Shown: positions 1 through 8,849, counted from the first letter of the stretch. The stretch is 43,637 nt of DNA from Candidatus Harrisonbacteria bacterium (GCA_016867415.1 VGJO01000002.1:72835-116471); one strand, 5' to 3'. Made by a program: numbers and translations. Notes: generated from the letters alone by a model not told the origin.

Positions 1-2
1 CG

Positions 3-59
3 ATCGAAGAAGGCGTCGTCTCAAGAGACGAAAAAAACGGCAAATACCGCCTAGAATGA
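3..59 (+). CDS. ftsE: C-terminal end of probable cell-division ABC ATPase FtsE (partial, runs in from the window edge)
   Basis: Frame 3 reads IEEGVVSRDEKNGKYRLE*, which resembles FtsE C-termini; it lies directly upstream of ftsX. Confidence 0.55.
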   Translation: MEEGVVSRDEKNGKYRLE

Positions 60-82
60 AATTAAAAATAATGCAATAAATA

Positions 83-205
83 AAGCGAAGTACTTTTTCG
101 AGGAAATTTCGATTTTTCTTGTGAGTACGCACCGAAGCATACTAGGAAAGTCTGTGAGGAGCGAACGGAATAAAAAAATCGAAAGTTACCGAAAAATACG
201 AGCGC
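83..205 (+). repeat. ERIC/RPE-like palindromic element, copy 1 (subtype A)
   Basis: AAGCGAAGTA..TTTCGATTTTT..GAAGCATACTAGGAAAGTCTGTGAG..AAAAAATCGAAA..TACGAGCGC; nested inverted arms. Confidence 0.85.
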
Positions 206-218
206 CCTACCCTAAAAA

Positions 219-1130
219 ATGTTTACTACTCTTTTTAGACTCTTTAGATACGGCTCCCAAAATTTCTTAAGAAACAGCTGGCTCTCCGCCGGCACTATTT
301 CCATTCTTCTTCTCACTCTCCTTGTTTTCCAAGGTCTCCTTATCTTCCGCGTCTTGACTGCTATTGGTATCGATAGCCTAAAAAGCAAGATTGACATCAG
401 CGTCTACTTCAAAGTCGAGACCCCTGAGCCCGCCATCCTCGCCATCCGCGATCGGGTGGAAACCCTCGATAAAGTCGCCGAAGTGGAGTACGTCAGTCGC
501 GATAAAGCCCTGGAGCTCTTTAAGAAAAAATACGAAAACGACCCCTCGGTCACAAGCGCCTTGGCCGAGCTAAAAGACAATCCTTTGAGCGCCGCGGTCA
601 ATATCCAGGCTAAAAATCCCAATGACTATTCCGAAATCAGCACCTATCTCGAAAATCAAAAAGAATGGCAACCCTTCATCGAAAAAATCACCTACCGGCA
701 AAATCAGCTCGTCATTGACCGGCTCGCCAAGATCGTGGACACCACCGAAAAATTTGGCTTCATTCTCACCTTTCTCCTCTCTCTTGCCGCTATCCTAGTC
801 ACCTTCAACACCATCTCCCTCGTTATTTATTCCAATCGTGAAGAGCTCGGCATCATGCGCCTTGTCGGCGCCCCCGATTCCTTAATCGTCGGCCCCTATC
901 TTGTCACTTCTTTAATCTATTCTGCAATTGCCACCCTTCTCTCCACCATTCTCTTTTACCCGCTCATCAAATTCTCCTCTCCCTATCTCAAATTTTTCCT
1001 CTCCTCGACCGATCTTGAGAGCTACTACTTGAGCCACCTCTTCTCCTTGATGGGCTTCGCTCTCCTCTTTGGCTCAGTCCTCACTATCGTCTCCGCCCTT
1101 ATCGCCACCCAAAAATACCTCAAGATCTAA
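219..1130 (+). CDS. ftsX: Cell division permease FtsX
   Basis: RNSWLS N-terminal motif, TM1, extracellular domain with NPL motif, then NTI..IYSNREELGIMRLVGA and 3 more TMs. Confidence 0.92.
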   Translation: MFTTLFRLFRYGSQNFLRNSWLSAGTISILLLTLLVFQGLLIFRVLTAIGIDSLKSKIDISVYFKVETPEPAILAIRDRVETLDKVAEVEYVSRDKALELFKKKYENDPSVTSALAELKDNPLSAAVNIQAKNPNDYSEISTYLENQKEWQPFIEKITYRQNQLVIDRLAKIVDTTEKFGFILTFLLSLAAILVTFNTISLVIYSNREELGIMRLVGAPDSLIVGPYLVTSLIYSAIATLLSTILFYPLIKFSSPYLKFFLSSTDLESYYLSHLFSLMGFALLFGSVLTIVSALIATQKYLKI

Positions 1131-1137
1131 AAAGAAT

Positions 1138-2823
1138 TTATAAGTTCTTTTGTTTCTCTTTAATCTCATTAATAAGATCAATAGATCTTTTTCGGCTAGG
1201 ATTAAATTTATGATTAGGATTCTGCTTTATTGCCGTTTGTAAAATATCAATTCTGTGATTAAGGTCTTGCTCGCTCTCTTCAATTCCTTTTTGAATGTTA
1301 TTATATACCCTCTGCCACCAAGCCTTGCTCGCCGCATCTCCCGCATTCTCAATCCTTTCTTTAATATTAGCTAGTAAAATAGACTTATCATCATATGGCG
1401 GACCGAGTTCCTCAGAAGAGATATCCTTCGGAGTGCATACCGAAACCTTCTTATTAGGCCGAATTACCGCCACACAAAGATAGACATTATAACCATTTTG
1501 GTCTTTTCCACAATTTGGCCTATATCGATCAAATCCTCCTGGCTTAATCGGCCCCTTCACACATTCTCGCGCACTACTTACCATCGCAAGCCTGGGTCCC
1601 TGAGGTCCATATACTTTAGTGATAAAACCAACTACTTTACCAACTAACTTTCCATCTTTTTTAATATCTCCTGAAATTGCTCCATTATGCCGTCCCGCTT
1701 CGGTATTAGAAAACAAGACATCAGGACTAAATCGCACATCCAAAGGCGCCATATAATCACCCTTCTCCACTCCTAAAGAGGAAAGAGAAACAAAAAGATT
1801 CGGATCAATCTTTTTTACGTTTATTCCATATGAACCTGCTTTTTCGTACTCTCCCCAAGTATTGGTCGGATTGATCGCAGGAATGCTAACATTCGGCTCC
1901 TTATCAAAATCATAATCATCCCGAGCATCTACCACTTCTACCGGCCTATCAGAAACCGTCCACAAGTAACAAGCATCTACTTTCCCGGTTTTTGTATTTT
2001 TCCAAACCGCAAATCCATAAATATCCGCAAAAGCCGAGGTAAACTGATCGCTATCATTTTGCGCTCGCGGCACCGGAATAACGATATTCGCTCCAAAAGA
2101 TATTCCTAACTGATAATAAGTATTATCTCCACTCTGCTCCCCAGGTTTTCCCGGAGTTTCCACGCCACTTCCTCCTCCAAATCCCGTTTGAGGCGGAGTA
2201 GGTGGTGATACTTCTACTCCCTCTCCCTGAATAGAACCTAATTCAATTCGAAATTTATTTTCTTGCTGATATTGAATACCTGCCATATATGAACTTGAAC
2301 AAGTAACTGAAAAATATGACAAATACTGACCATTAGGCAGCTTATTAGAAGAAATGGCGTTCCAAGCTTCAGTTCTCCCAAAACCCACCCGTCCCTTAAT
2401 CAGGTTAGGATCATTATTGAAAGGACAACTCGATTGCTCTTTAGGAATAATCGCAGGTTTTGTTGGTAGTAAATTATGAATAAAACAAACCGCTCCGTTT
2501 TTAAGGCCAAACCTCACCCCATCAAGAGAAGCTGTATGAGAACAGTCTTTTTCCTTACATTGTGGAATAAAAACCAATTTCCCATGCTTATATTCTTCAA
2601 AGTAATCACTGCATCTATAAAGTTGTCTTCCTTCAATATTACCAAAATAAGTACATAAAATAATTTCGGAAGTGATTTCCATCTGTCCTGTTTCCGGATT
2701 CCGAATAAGTTTCTTAGTGAGAAGTGTTGTTGGTGGTCGAGATTGAGCAAGCGCAACTCCGCTAACTAAAAAAAGAAAAAGGGGAAGAAATTGCTTCACT
2801 TTATAAGTATACCAAAGAGACAT
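1138..2823 (-). CDS. Hypothetical secreted protein with Cys pairs (561 aa)
   Basis: Long ORF with a signal-peptide-like N-terminus (FLPLFLFLVSGVALA); no recognised motif. Confidence 0.7.
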   Translation of the reverse strand: MSLWYTYKVKQFLPLFLFLVSGVALAQSRPPTTLLTKKLIRNPETGQMEITSEIILCTYFGNIEGRQLYRCSDYFEEYKHGKLVFIPQCKEKDCSHTASLDGVRFGLKNGAVCFIHNLLPTKPAIIPKEQSSCPFNNDPNLIKGRVGFGRTEAWNAISSNKLPNGQYLSYFSVTCSSSYMAGIQYQQENKFRIELGSIQGEGVEVSPPTPPQTGFGGGSGVETPGKPGEQSGDNTYYQLGISFGANIVIPVPRAQNDSDQFTSAFADIYGFAVWKNTKTGKVDACYLWTVSDRPVEVVDARDDYDFDKEPNVSIPAINPTNTWGEYEKAGSYGINVKKIDPNLFVSLSSLGVEKGDYMAPLDVRFSPDVLFSNTEAGRHNGAISGDIKKDGKLVGKVVGFITKVYGPQGPRLAMVSSARECVKGPIKPGGFDRYRPNCGKDQNGYNVYLCVAVIRPNKKVSVCTPKDISSEELGPPYDDKSILLANIKERIENAGDAASKAWWQRVYNNIQKGIEESEQDLNHRIDILQTAIKQNPNHKFNPSRKRSIDLINEIKEKQKNL

Positions 2824-2843
2824 TACAAAAAATATTTTTTAAT

Positions 2844-3902
2844 TTAATACCGACAGCAAAAAACAGAAAGAGTCGAAGAGTAATCAATCGAAGATTCCGT
2901 CCGATCTTTAAAAAAAGTTCTAGCTAAGTAATAAGGAGTAGAAAAAATAAGATTCCATACAAAGGAGGCAATCTCTGAATTAGTACTCTTAAAGAAAACA
3001 AAAGTTGTACTATTTAAAGCAGTTGTCAGATTAGCATATGAATATGTCGCAGTAGTACACGACCCAGCGCTACTCGGCCAATCCGCCGCACTGCATACCC
3101 ACCAATTTTTTGGGCACGCTCGGCCTGCATTCTCCCAATGCGCCGTCATCTTAGAACGGGAAATTCGAAAAGTCTCCCCATTTACCGTCTTCGTGCATTC
3201 TCCCGCGGTATTTACCACTACATTTGCGTCAGTATTCTCCCCCCAAATCCGCTCAAATGTCCCCGAAAATCCGGTATTAGCCGTCCCCACTGTAAAATCA
3301 CTCGCGCTTGTCGTGCTATAAGCGGCATCCAGCTTCGTACCGGTAGTGGCGCTTAAAATATTTCCTAAAGCTAAAGATGTCGTCGGCACCGCAAGACTAA
3401 TCACCCCCGCCACACTTCGAGTAAACGGAAAAGTTTTCTTACTTGCGCCGATATAAAAATCCTGAGAAAACTTCAGTCCTCCTAAAATATCCAGTTTCCG
3501 AAGCGGCGTTGATGTTCCCACTCCTACATTTCCGCTTGAAAGAATAGTAAGTCTCGTCTGATCATTAGCAATAAGAGAAAAAGGCAAACTTGTCTCCGTC
3601 CCTACGAAGACAGAATTACCATCATTTTCCAATCGAACTGAATCACTTCCGGATTTCACTATTACTCGGACATTCCGATTAGTATCATTACCCGGAAAAA
3701 TCTCTACCGAAGATGTGTTTACACTTGTCACAAGCTGCAGCTTCCCCGACCCCGATCCCGGAGTCAGATTCCCCGGCCCACTCGCCTCCAGAAAGCTTTC
3801 TTTCTCTGATAACACTCCATAAAAAATAAGACCTAAAAAGAGAAAGAAAAGAACTATAAAACCGCCTCTTAACAATCGTTTCTTTTGCGTCTGTTTTTTC
3901 AT
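2844..3902 (-). CDS. Putative fibre-like surface adhesin, paralog A (GNVGVGTSTP motif, C-type-lectin-like tip)
   Basis: N-terminal TM, GNVGVGTSTP, WENAGRACPKNWWVC, terminal VFCC. Start set at ATG 3902, which overlaps the paralog B stop (TAATG). Confidence 0.75.
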   Translation of the reverse strand: MKKQTQKKRLLRGGFIVLFFLFLGLIFYGVLSEKESFLEASGPGNLTPGSGSGKLQLVTSVNTSSVEIFPGNDTNRNVRVIVKSGSDSVRLENDGNSVFVGTETSLPFSLIANDQTRLTILSSGNVGVGTSTPLRKLDILGGLKFSQDFYIGASKKTFPFTRSVAGVISLAVPTTSLALGNILSATTGTKLDAAYSTTSASDFTVGTANTGFSGTFERIWGENTDANVVVNTAGECTKTVNGETFRISRSKMTAHWENAGRACPKNWWVCSAADWPSSAGSCTTATYSYANLTTALNSTTFVFFKSTNSEIASFVWNLIFSTPYYLARTFFKDRTESSIDYSSTLSVFCCRY

Positions 3903-4999
3903 TAGTTTGATTGTTTTACTCGGCAACACCAAGGTGAGACCACATCACACACCTCACTTGTTGAAAGAGCTGCGTCCGTACCATCGCTTTTAATAGCCCG
4001 GCCATAAAATTTAGTTGCTGTCCCCAAACCTGAAAATTGCCCCTCTGCAATCCATGAAGCGTCCAGTGAAGTGATCGGCCGAATCTTACCGAGATTTGTC
4101 CCTGATCCATCCGCCTGACACTCAAAATACTGAGCTGAGGTCAAAGCAAACCCCGTCGCTCCCCCGCCCGTCCCGCAGTTCACCCCCGCCCGCTCCGTAG
4201 CCGAGCACACCCACCATCCCTTCGGACACCCCGCCTGCGCCCCCTCCCACCGCGTCGGCACCTTTGACCGCTTCATTTCAATAGTAACTCCGCGAATCGT
4301 ATTTTCACACGAGAGTCCGCCCGATCGGGAAATAAGATCCGCGGCTTCATCCGCTCGGCCAGTTCCCATCAGCCGATTCCGGCAATCTCCTGAAGTCGAG
4401 CAGGTATACCCCGGACTCGTCCGCAAAATGACCGACCCGCGCAAAAGCGCGTTCCCCCGCACATCGAGTGCCTTCCCTACTGTGAAAATATCCAGAGCAG
4501 TGCTTTGAAGAAAAAGTACATCAGTCGTCGTCACGCCCGTGATCTGCGTCTCCGCCGGCAAATTTTTCTTCCATGGCAAAGACAATATTCCACTATTATT
4601 AGAAAAAGTATCCGTCAAATTCAAATCCCCATTTACCGTCAAAGTTTTTCCCGGGGTACTACTCCCGATCCCCACTCGAGAATCAGCAAGAATTGATACT
4701 TGCTCCACCGCATTTGTAAGAATTCGCACCGCCTTTACCGCCTCCGTTCCAAAATACACCTTATCCACTCCATCTCCTGCATCCCTCACCACAAAAAATC
4801 CTCCCTTCGTTCCATTCCGGTGCGTGAGTAAAAAAGCAATATCTAAGGGCGATGAAAGCGACACATTGCTCCGCGCATTATTAATGACAAAAATCCCCGC
4901 TCCATTCGGCGGCGTAGTGCCGCTCGGCGGATCCGAATAGGCAAAAACCAATTGAGAAAAGATAAGAAATAAGAAGTTGATAAAAATAATCTTTTTCAT
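3902..4999 (-). CDS. Putative fibre-like surface adhesin, paralog B
   Basis: Signal peptide, SRVGIGSSTP, WEGAQAGCPKGWWVC, terminal PWCC. Start is 4999 or 5008. Confidence 0.75.
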   Translation of the reverse strand: MKKIIFINFLFLIFSQLVFAYSDPPSGTTPPNGAGIFVINNARSNVSLSSPLDIAFLLTHRNGTKGGFFVVRDAGDGVDKVYFGTEAVKAVRILTNAVEQVSILADSRVGIGSSTPGKTLTVNGDLNLTDTFSNNSGILSLPWKKNLPAETQITGVTTTDVLFLQSTALDIFTVGKALDVRGNALLRGSVILRTSPGYTCSTSGDCRNRLMGTGRADEAADLISRSGGLSCENTIRGVTIEMKRSKVPTRWEGAQAGCPKGWWVCSATERAGVNCGTGGGATGFALTSAQYFECQADGSGTNLGKIRPITSLDASWIAEGQFSGLGTATKFYGRAIKSDGTDAALSTSEVCDVVSPWCCRVKQSN

Positions 5000-5007
5000 A
5001 AAAAACA

Positions 5008-6117
5008 TCATAGGCCACAGCACCATACCGGCCGATAATTACATAACTCCCCGGCAAAATCTGTATTAGCCACTCTCGTACCTGATTCATTAATGAGCAC
5101 CCCCCGCCGATAAGCGCCACTTCCAGTATTATATCCTGCTCCGCCGGAGATCTGGTTTACGGAATCCAGCACCCAAGCATACCCACCGCCATTTGCCGCC
5201 GTCCGGCTCTCATAAAGCGTCAAGCCGTCACTTGCTCCCTTCTGAATACTGCTCGCCCCTAAATTACATCGGAGAATATTTGTTGTTACCGCTCCAGTAC
5301 CACAAGGGCCATAACCTGCTCCTGTCCCATTAGTATCCCGCTCACTCGCCTCACACACCCACCAATTTTTCGGGCATGCCGCCGCCGCGCCATCCCAAGC
5401 AGTCACCACTTTGGATCGCGACATCTTCACACTACCTTTCACACATTCTCCAGCCGAATCTACAAGAAAACTCTCAGGTACCCGTCCCTGTCCATAGGTA
5501 TGCGCTTCAGAGAGGGTCAACGTCCCTGCATATCTTACAAATCCCCCAGCATACAATGTATCCGAAATATTGGCGCCTCCCCCAATCACGAATTGCTGAG
5601 TCGCCGTAGAAAAACTACTTGTCCCCACCCCAAACGTATTTGACGGCACCTCAAGAATTATGCTCCTCGTATTCGTCGAGTAGGTAAATGGAAAATACTG
5701 CTTCACTCCCCGAATATAAAGATTCCCAGACTCCGCAAGCCCCACATCCCCCGAGACCTCAAGCGCCACGCTCGGCGTACTCGTCCCTATTCCCACATTC
5801 CCGTTTGGCAAGATTGTCAGTCGCTTCACTCCTGAAGTGATTAGAGAAAAAGGATGATTAGAAGTAGTCCCAAAGTACCCCCCTTTCCCAGCAACTATCC
5901 GCAAGCCCGCGCTCGCCCCAGCGCTTTTTACAAACATAAGACTCCCTGAAGCCGATGATAATGAAGAAAACGTCAGCCGCGAGTTCAAAGTATCTTCAAA
6001 ATATTGCATCACCGGTAGAAGATTCACCGAACTTGGATCCGCGCTCGGCGGCACGATCGCAAATGCCAAAAAAACCTGAAAGAAAAAGAAAAGAAAGAGA
6101 GAAGCAATAAGCCTCAT
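5008..6117 (-). CDS. Putative fibre-like surface adhesin, paralog C
   Basis: Signal peptide, GNVGIGTSTP, WDGAAAACPKNWWVC, terminal VWCC. Confidence 0.75.
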   Translation of the reverse strand: MRLIASLFLFFFFQVFLAFAIVPPSADPSSVNLLPVMQYFEDTLNSRLTFSSLSSASGSLMFVKSAGASAGLRIVAGKGGYFGTTSNHPFSLITSGVKRLTILPNGNVGIGTSTPSVALEVSGDVGLAESGNLYIRGVKQYFPFTYSTNTRSIILEVPSNTFGVGTSSFSTATQQFVIGGGANISDTLYAGGFVRYAGTLTLSEAHTYGQGRVPESFLVDSAGECVKGSVKMSRSKVVTAWDGAAAACPKNWWVCEASERDTNGTGAGYGPCGTGAVTTNILRCNLGASSIQKGASDGLTLYESRTAANGGGYAWVLDSVNQISGGAGYNTGSGAYRRGVLINESGTRVANTDFAGELCNYRPVWCCGL

Positions 6118-6185
6118 ATATTCCTTCTAAGTGTATCATAATCACCACTTAATTTTTTACTAAAAACTGCTATTATAATGAACAC

Positions 6186-6908
6186 ATGAAAGCTCTCAAC
6201 GACCCCTACGATAAACGCAATTGCTATCTTTCGCTTTTTCCCGGCGCTGGTGGTGATGACGCCAAAGATTTTTCCGAGATGCTTCTTTCCATGTACCGTA
6301 AATATGCCGAAAGTCGGGGTTGGAAAGTTCTTTTTGCCGATGACCGCGAGCTCTACATTCAAGGTGAATACGCCTACGGGTATCTAAAAAACGAATCCGG
6401 CGTCCATCGCCTCGTCCGCATCTCCCCCTTTTCTTCTAAAAAACTCCGGCACACCTCTTTCGCTTTAGTCGAAGTGATTCCCGAACTCCCCGAAATTGAC
6501 GCTCACAATTTTTCTATCCCTCCGGAAGACCTAAAAATCGAGCTCGCTCGCTCCTCCGGCCCCGGCGGCCAAAATGTAAATAAGCGCGAGACCGCCGTCC
6601 GGATCGTCCACCTGCCTACTGGCATTGCCGCGAGCTCCCAGATGGAACGCAGCCAGCCGCAAAATAAAGACCGCGCCCTCAGTATGGTCAAAGCAAAACT
6701 TCTCCGCCTTATGGAAGAGAAAAAAGCAAACGAATTAAGCAGTCTCCGCACTAAAGTCGCTCCCGAGTGGGGCAATCAGATCCGCTCCTATGTGCTCCAC
6801 CCCTACCAGCAAATCAAAGATCACCGCACCGGCGTAATCTCCCACCAACCCGACCGCGTCCTAGAAGGCGACCTCGACAAATTCCTCGAATCCGAACTCG
6901 AAAAATAA
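6186..6908 (+). CDS. prfB: Peptide chain release factor 2, lacking N-terminal domain 1
   Basis: SPF stop-recognition motif (VRISPF), GGQ (GPGGQNVNK), SQ..NK..A, WGNQIRSYV. Confidence 0.88.
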   Translation: MKALNDPYDKRNCYLSLFPGAGGDDAKDFSEMLLSMYRKYAESRGWKVLFADDRELYIQGEYAYGYLKNESGVHRLVRISPFSSKKLRHTSFALVEVIPELPEIDAHNFSIPPEDLKIELARSSGPGGQNVNKRETAVRIVHLPTGIAASSQMERSQPQNKDRALSMVKAKLLRLMEEKKANELSSLRTKVAPEWGNQIRSYVLHPYQQIKDHRTGVISHQPDRVLEGDLDKFLESELEK

Positions 6909-6996
6909 AAAAAATTACTTACAGATAAAGAAAAAAAGCGTAATCAAAATTATTTTTAGTCCTCCTACCCCCCACCTTTTTTATACTCCCCGCCAA

Positions 6997-7241
6997 TCAT
7001 CTTCCCACCCCGCCTTTATAGAAAAGATCTTCATTGATCTCCTGCCCAATAAGCCCCTTCTCTAATTCTGAAAAATCCACACTATCTACCTCCGCTCCAA
7101 ATTTATCCAAATCTGCCCGGCTCCGCCACCCATAAATATCTACAAAAAGTAAAAGGTAAAAAGAATAAGAAGCGACAAAATCACCAGTCCAAAAATCACC
7201 CATCGCTCCCTCGCAATTTTTTGCTCATTCTCCAAATCCAT
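6997..7241 (-). pseudogene. Small single-TM protein split by a 1-nt frameshift in a T5 run
   Basis: ATG 7241 gives MDLENEQKIARERWVIFGLVILSLLILFTFYF. One extra T at ~7144-7148 joins it to the 6997 ORF (81 aa). TATAAT lies 11 nt upstream. Confidence 0.45.
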
Positions 7242-7332
7242 GTCTAGAGTCAATTATAGCAAAATATGAATAAAAAAAGCCTTGTTAGTATTTATAATTT
7301 GAATTCACCATATAAAAAGTCGGAAATTATTC

Positions 7333-7406
7333 TGGAGCGGGATACGAGAATCGAACTCGCGCCTCAACCTTGGGAAGGTCGCGTACTGCCACTGTACTAA
7401 TCCCGC
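7333..7406 (-). tRNA. tRNA-Gly(CCC)
   Basis: GCGGGAT..anticodon loop TTCCCAA..GTTCGATT..CCCGCTCCA; 74 nt cloverleaf with CCA. Confidence 0.95.
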
Positions 7407-7457
7407 AAAAAAAGATTACTGATTGTAAAATAAATATAAAACAATCTCAATTATAAG

Positions 7458-7582
7458 ACGCGGGCTTTTTCGAGGAAATTTCGATTTTCTTTCTGAGTAT
7501 CGAGCGGAGCATAATAGGAAAGTCTGTGAGCGCGAAATGGAAGAAAAAAATCGAAATTAATGGAAGAAAAAAATCGAAATTA
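7458..7582 (+). repeat. ERIC/RPE-like element, copy 2 (right arm has a 23-bp tandem duplication)
   Basis: GGAGCATAATAGGAAAGTCTGTGAG core; ATGGAAGAAAAAAATCGAAATTA twice, at 7537-7582. Confidence 0.8.
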
Positions 7583-7601
7583 AAAGAAAAAGACAAAAGC
7601 T

Positions 7602-8171
7602 TTAATGGACTTCCCCTTGCGTCCAACTAAACCCCGGCGTCAAAAACAAAACTTTAGTTGCTAATTTTTTCTCTTTCAACCATTTCTCTGGATCTATCCC
7701 TTGAGTCACTAAATCTTTTTGCACCTCCTCCTGCATCACAAGTGGCAAAACCACTTGCTCTCGAAAATCTGACGGCGATAAGTGAAACATTGCTTCCACT
7801 GCTCCTAAGAGTCTAGGATCTTTTTGCACTTTGTCAATCTCTATCTCTATTTTTTCTTCATTTGACGCATTCTTTAGTGTGGCAAACTGATCTCGCACAA
7901 TAATCTCCTGAATAATCTTCTCCCATGTCATCTTGGGCAGATCTGCCTGCAACTTCTCAAAATTTTCCTTAGTCAAATCTGGAGTATTTTTATACGTAGC
8001 GTGAAGAGTGTTAAGATAACTATTTCCAAGGGCAAATGCCTGATCATATTCTCTCTTTGAAATAATTTCAGAACCTATGATCGCAAGTGGTAAATACCCG
8101 CTCCGTAAGACATAGAGAAATCCAAATCCAATCCCCAAAACCATCAAAAAAAGAGAGAAAAAAATACGCAT
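7602..8171 (-). CDS. Membrane-anchored protein, SurA N-terminal-like
   Basis: N-terminal TM, then LAIIGSEIISKREY and a helical body like CPR SurA-N proteins. Confidence 0.55.
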   Translation of the reverse strand: MRIFFSLFLMVLGIGFGFLYVLRSGYLPLAIIGSEIISKREYDQAFALGNSYLNTLHATYKNTPDLTKENFEKLQADLPKMTWEKIIQEIIVRDQFATLKNASNEEKIEIEIDKVQKDPRLLGAVEAMFHLSPSDFREQVVLPLVMQEEVQKDLVTQGIDPEKWLKEKKLATKVLFLTPGFSWTQGEVH

Positions 8172-8172
8172 A

Positions 8173-8436
8173 TTATTTTGAGCTAATGATTAAAGCACTC
8201 ACTCCTTTAGGTACTAGATTAAATCGTGATCGAATCTCTTTCTCTAAATTATAGTCATTTTTGTAATAATCAAGATCTGCCGATAAAATCTCCCCTTCTT
8301 CCTGAAGCTTATCTGCTTTCGCTCGTAAATTCGACACATCTGAATGCAAAGTTCCCGTAAGAAAATAAAGCCGAAAAAAACCAAACGATAATCCAAAAAT
8401 AACCATAAACAAGAAAAGGAGTAGAATCCATTTCAT
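8173..8436 (-). CDS. Septum formation initiator family (FtsB/DivIC-like)
   Basis: TM plus coiled coil plus LEKEIRSRFNLVPKG motif; 87 aa. Confidence 0.75.
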   Translation of the reverse strand: MKWILLLFLFMVIFGLSFGFFRLYFLTGTLHSDVSNLRAKADKLQEEGEILSADLDYYKNDYNLEKEIRSRFNLVPKGVSALIISSK

Positions 8437-8512
8437 ACCTCAAGTATAATTCCCACTCTAAAAAAACAAAATGGGCAAGGAAAAAATATCAAGTCACGTA
8501 AAATAAAAAATT

Positions 8513-8635
8513 AAGCGAAGTGATTTTTAACTTATTTTCGTTCTTCTTTTTGAGTGCACCCCGGAGCATACTAGGAAAGTCTGTGAGGAGCGAACGGAGA
8601 AAAAAGAATGAAAAGAAACCAAAAATAGAACAAGC
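8513..8635 (+). repeat. ERIC/RPE-like element, copy 3
   Basis: AAGCGAAGTG..GGAGCATACTAGGAAAGTCTGTGAGGAGCGAACGG.. Confidence 0.85.
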
Positions 8636-8640
8636 AGAAG

Positions 8641-8849
8641 CCAAATAAATCTTTGGCTCGAACCTCCTTCTCCAAAACAAATCAGTGCGCGCCAGCGCGC
8701 CGAATTTTGAGAATTCGCTTGCGAATTCAGGCGAAACAGCGTGGGCGTGTCTAGGGCACGCCCACACCATCTTTGACATTTCCGACAAAAGTCGGGTCTT
8801 GGAGTATCTTTACGACTTCGCTCGAACTTACTTTATCAAAAATTCCTGA
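8641..8849 (+). pseudogene. 3' fragment of a second, diverged large serine recombinase
   Basis: Reads AK*IFGSNLLLQNKSVRASAP..AWACLGHAH..RVLEYLYDFARTYFIKNS*; aligns with AKEIFGSNLVLANREARLRAP..HWAALRAAH..LILE of the recombinase at 10436. Confidence 0.8.

Noticed and set aside
2844-6117. Adhesin paralogs as active DGR targets
   Set aside because: No template repeat, RT or Avd in the window, and no near-identical 3' repeat; kept only as CLec-like
6117-6186. Programmed +1 frameshift supplying the prfB N-terminus
   Set aside because: No CTT-TGA-C site, an in-frame stop at 6150, and only 68 bp before the divergent gene
8489-8788. 99-aa minus-strand ORF (also 9955-10311, 10092-10286, 27572-27820, 34256-34447)
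   Set aside because: These are read-throughs of repeat elements or recombinase fragments, not independent genes
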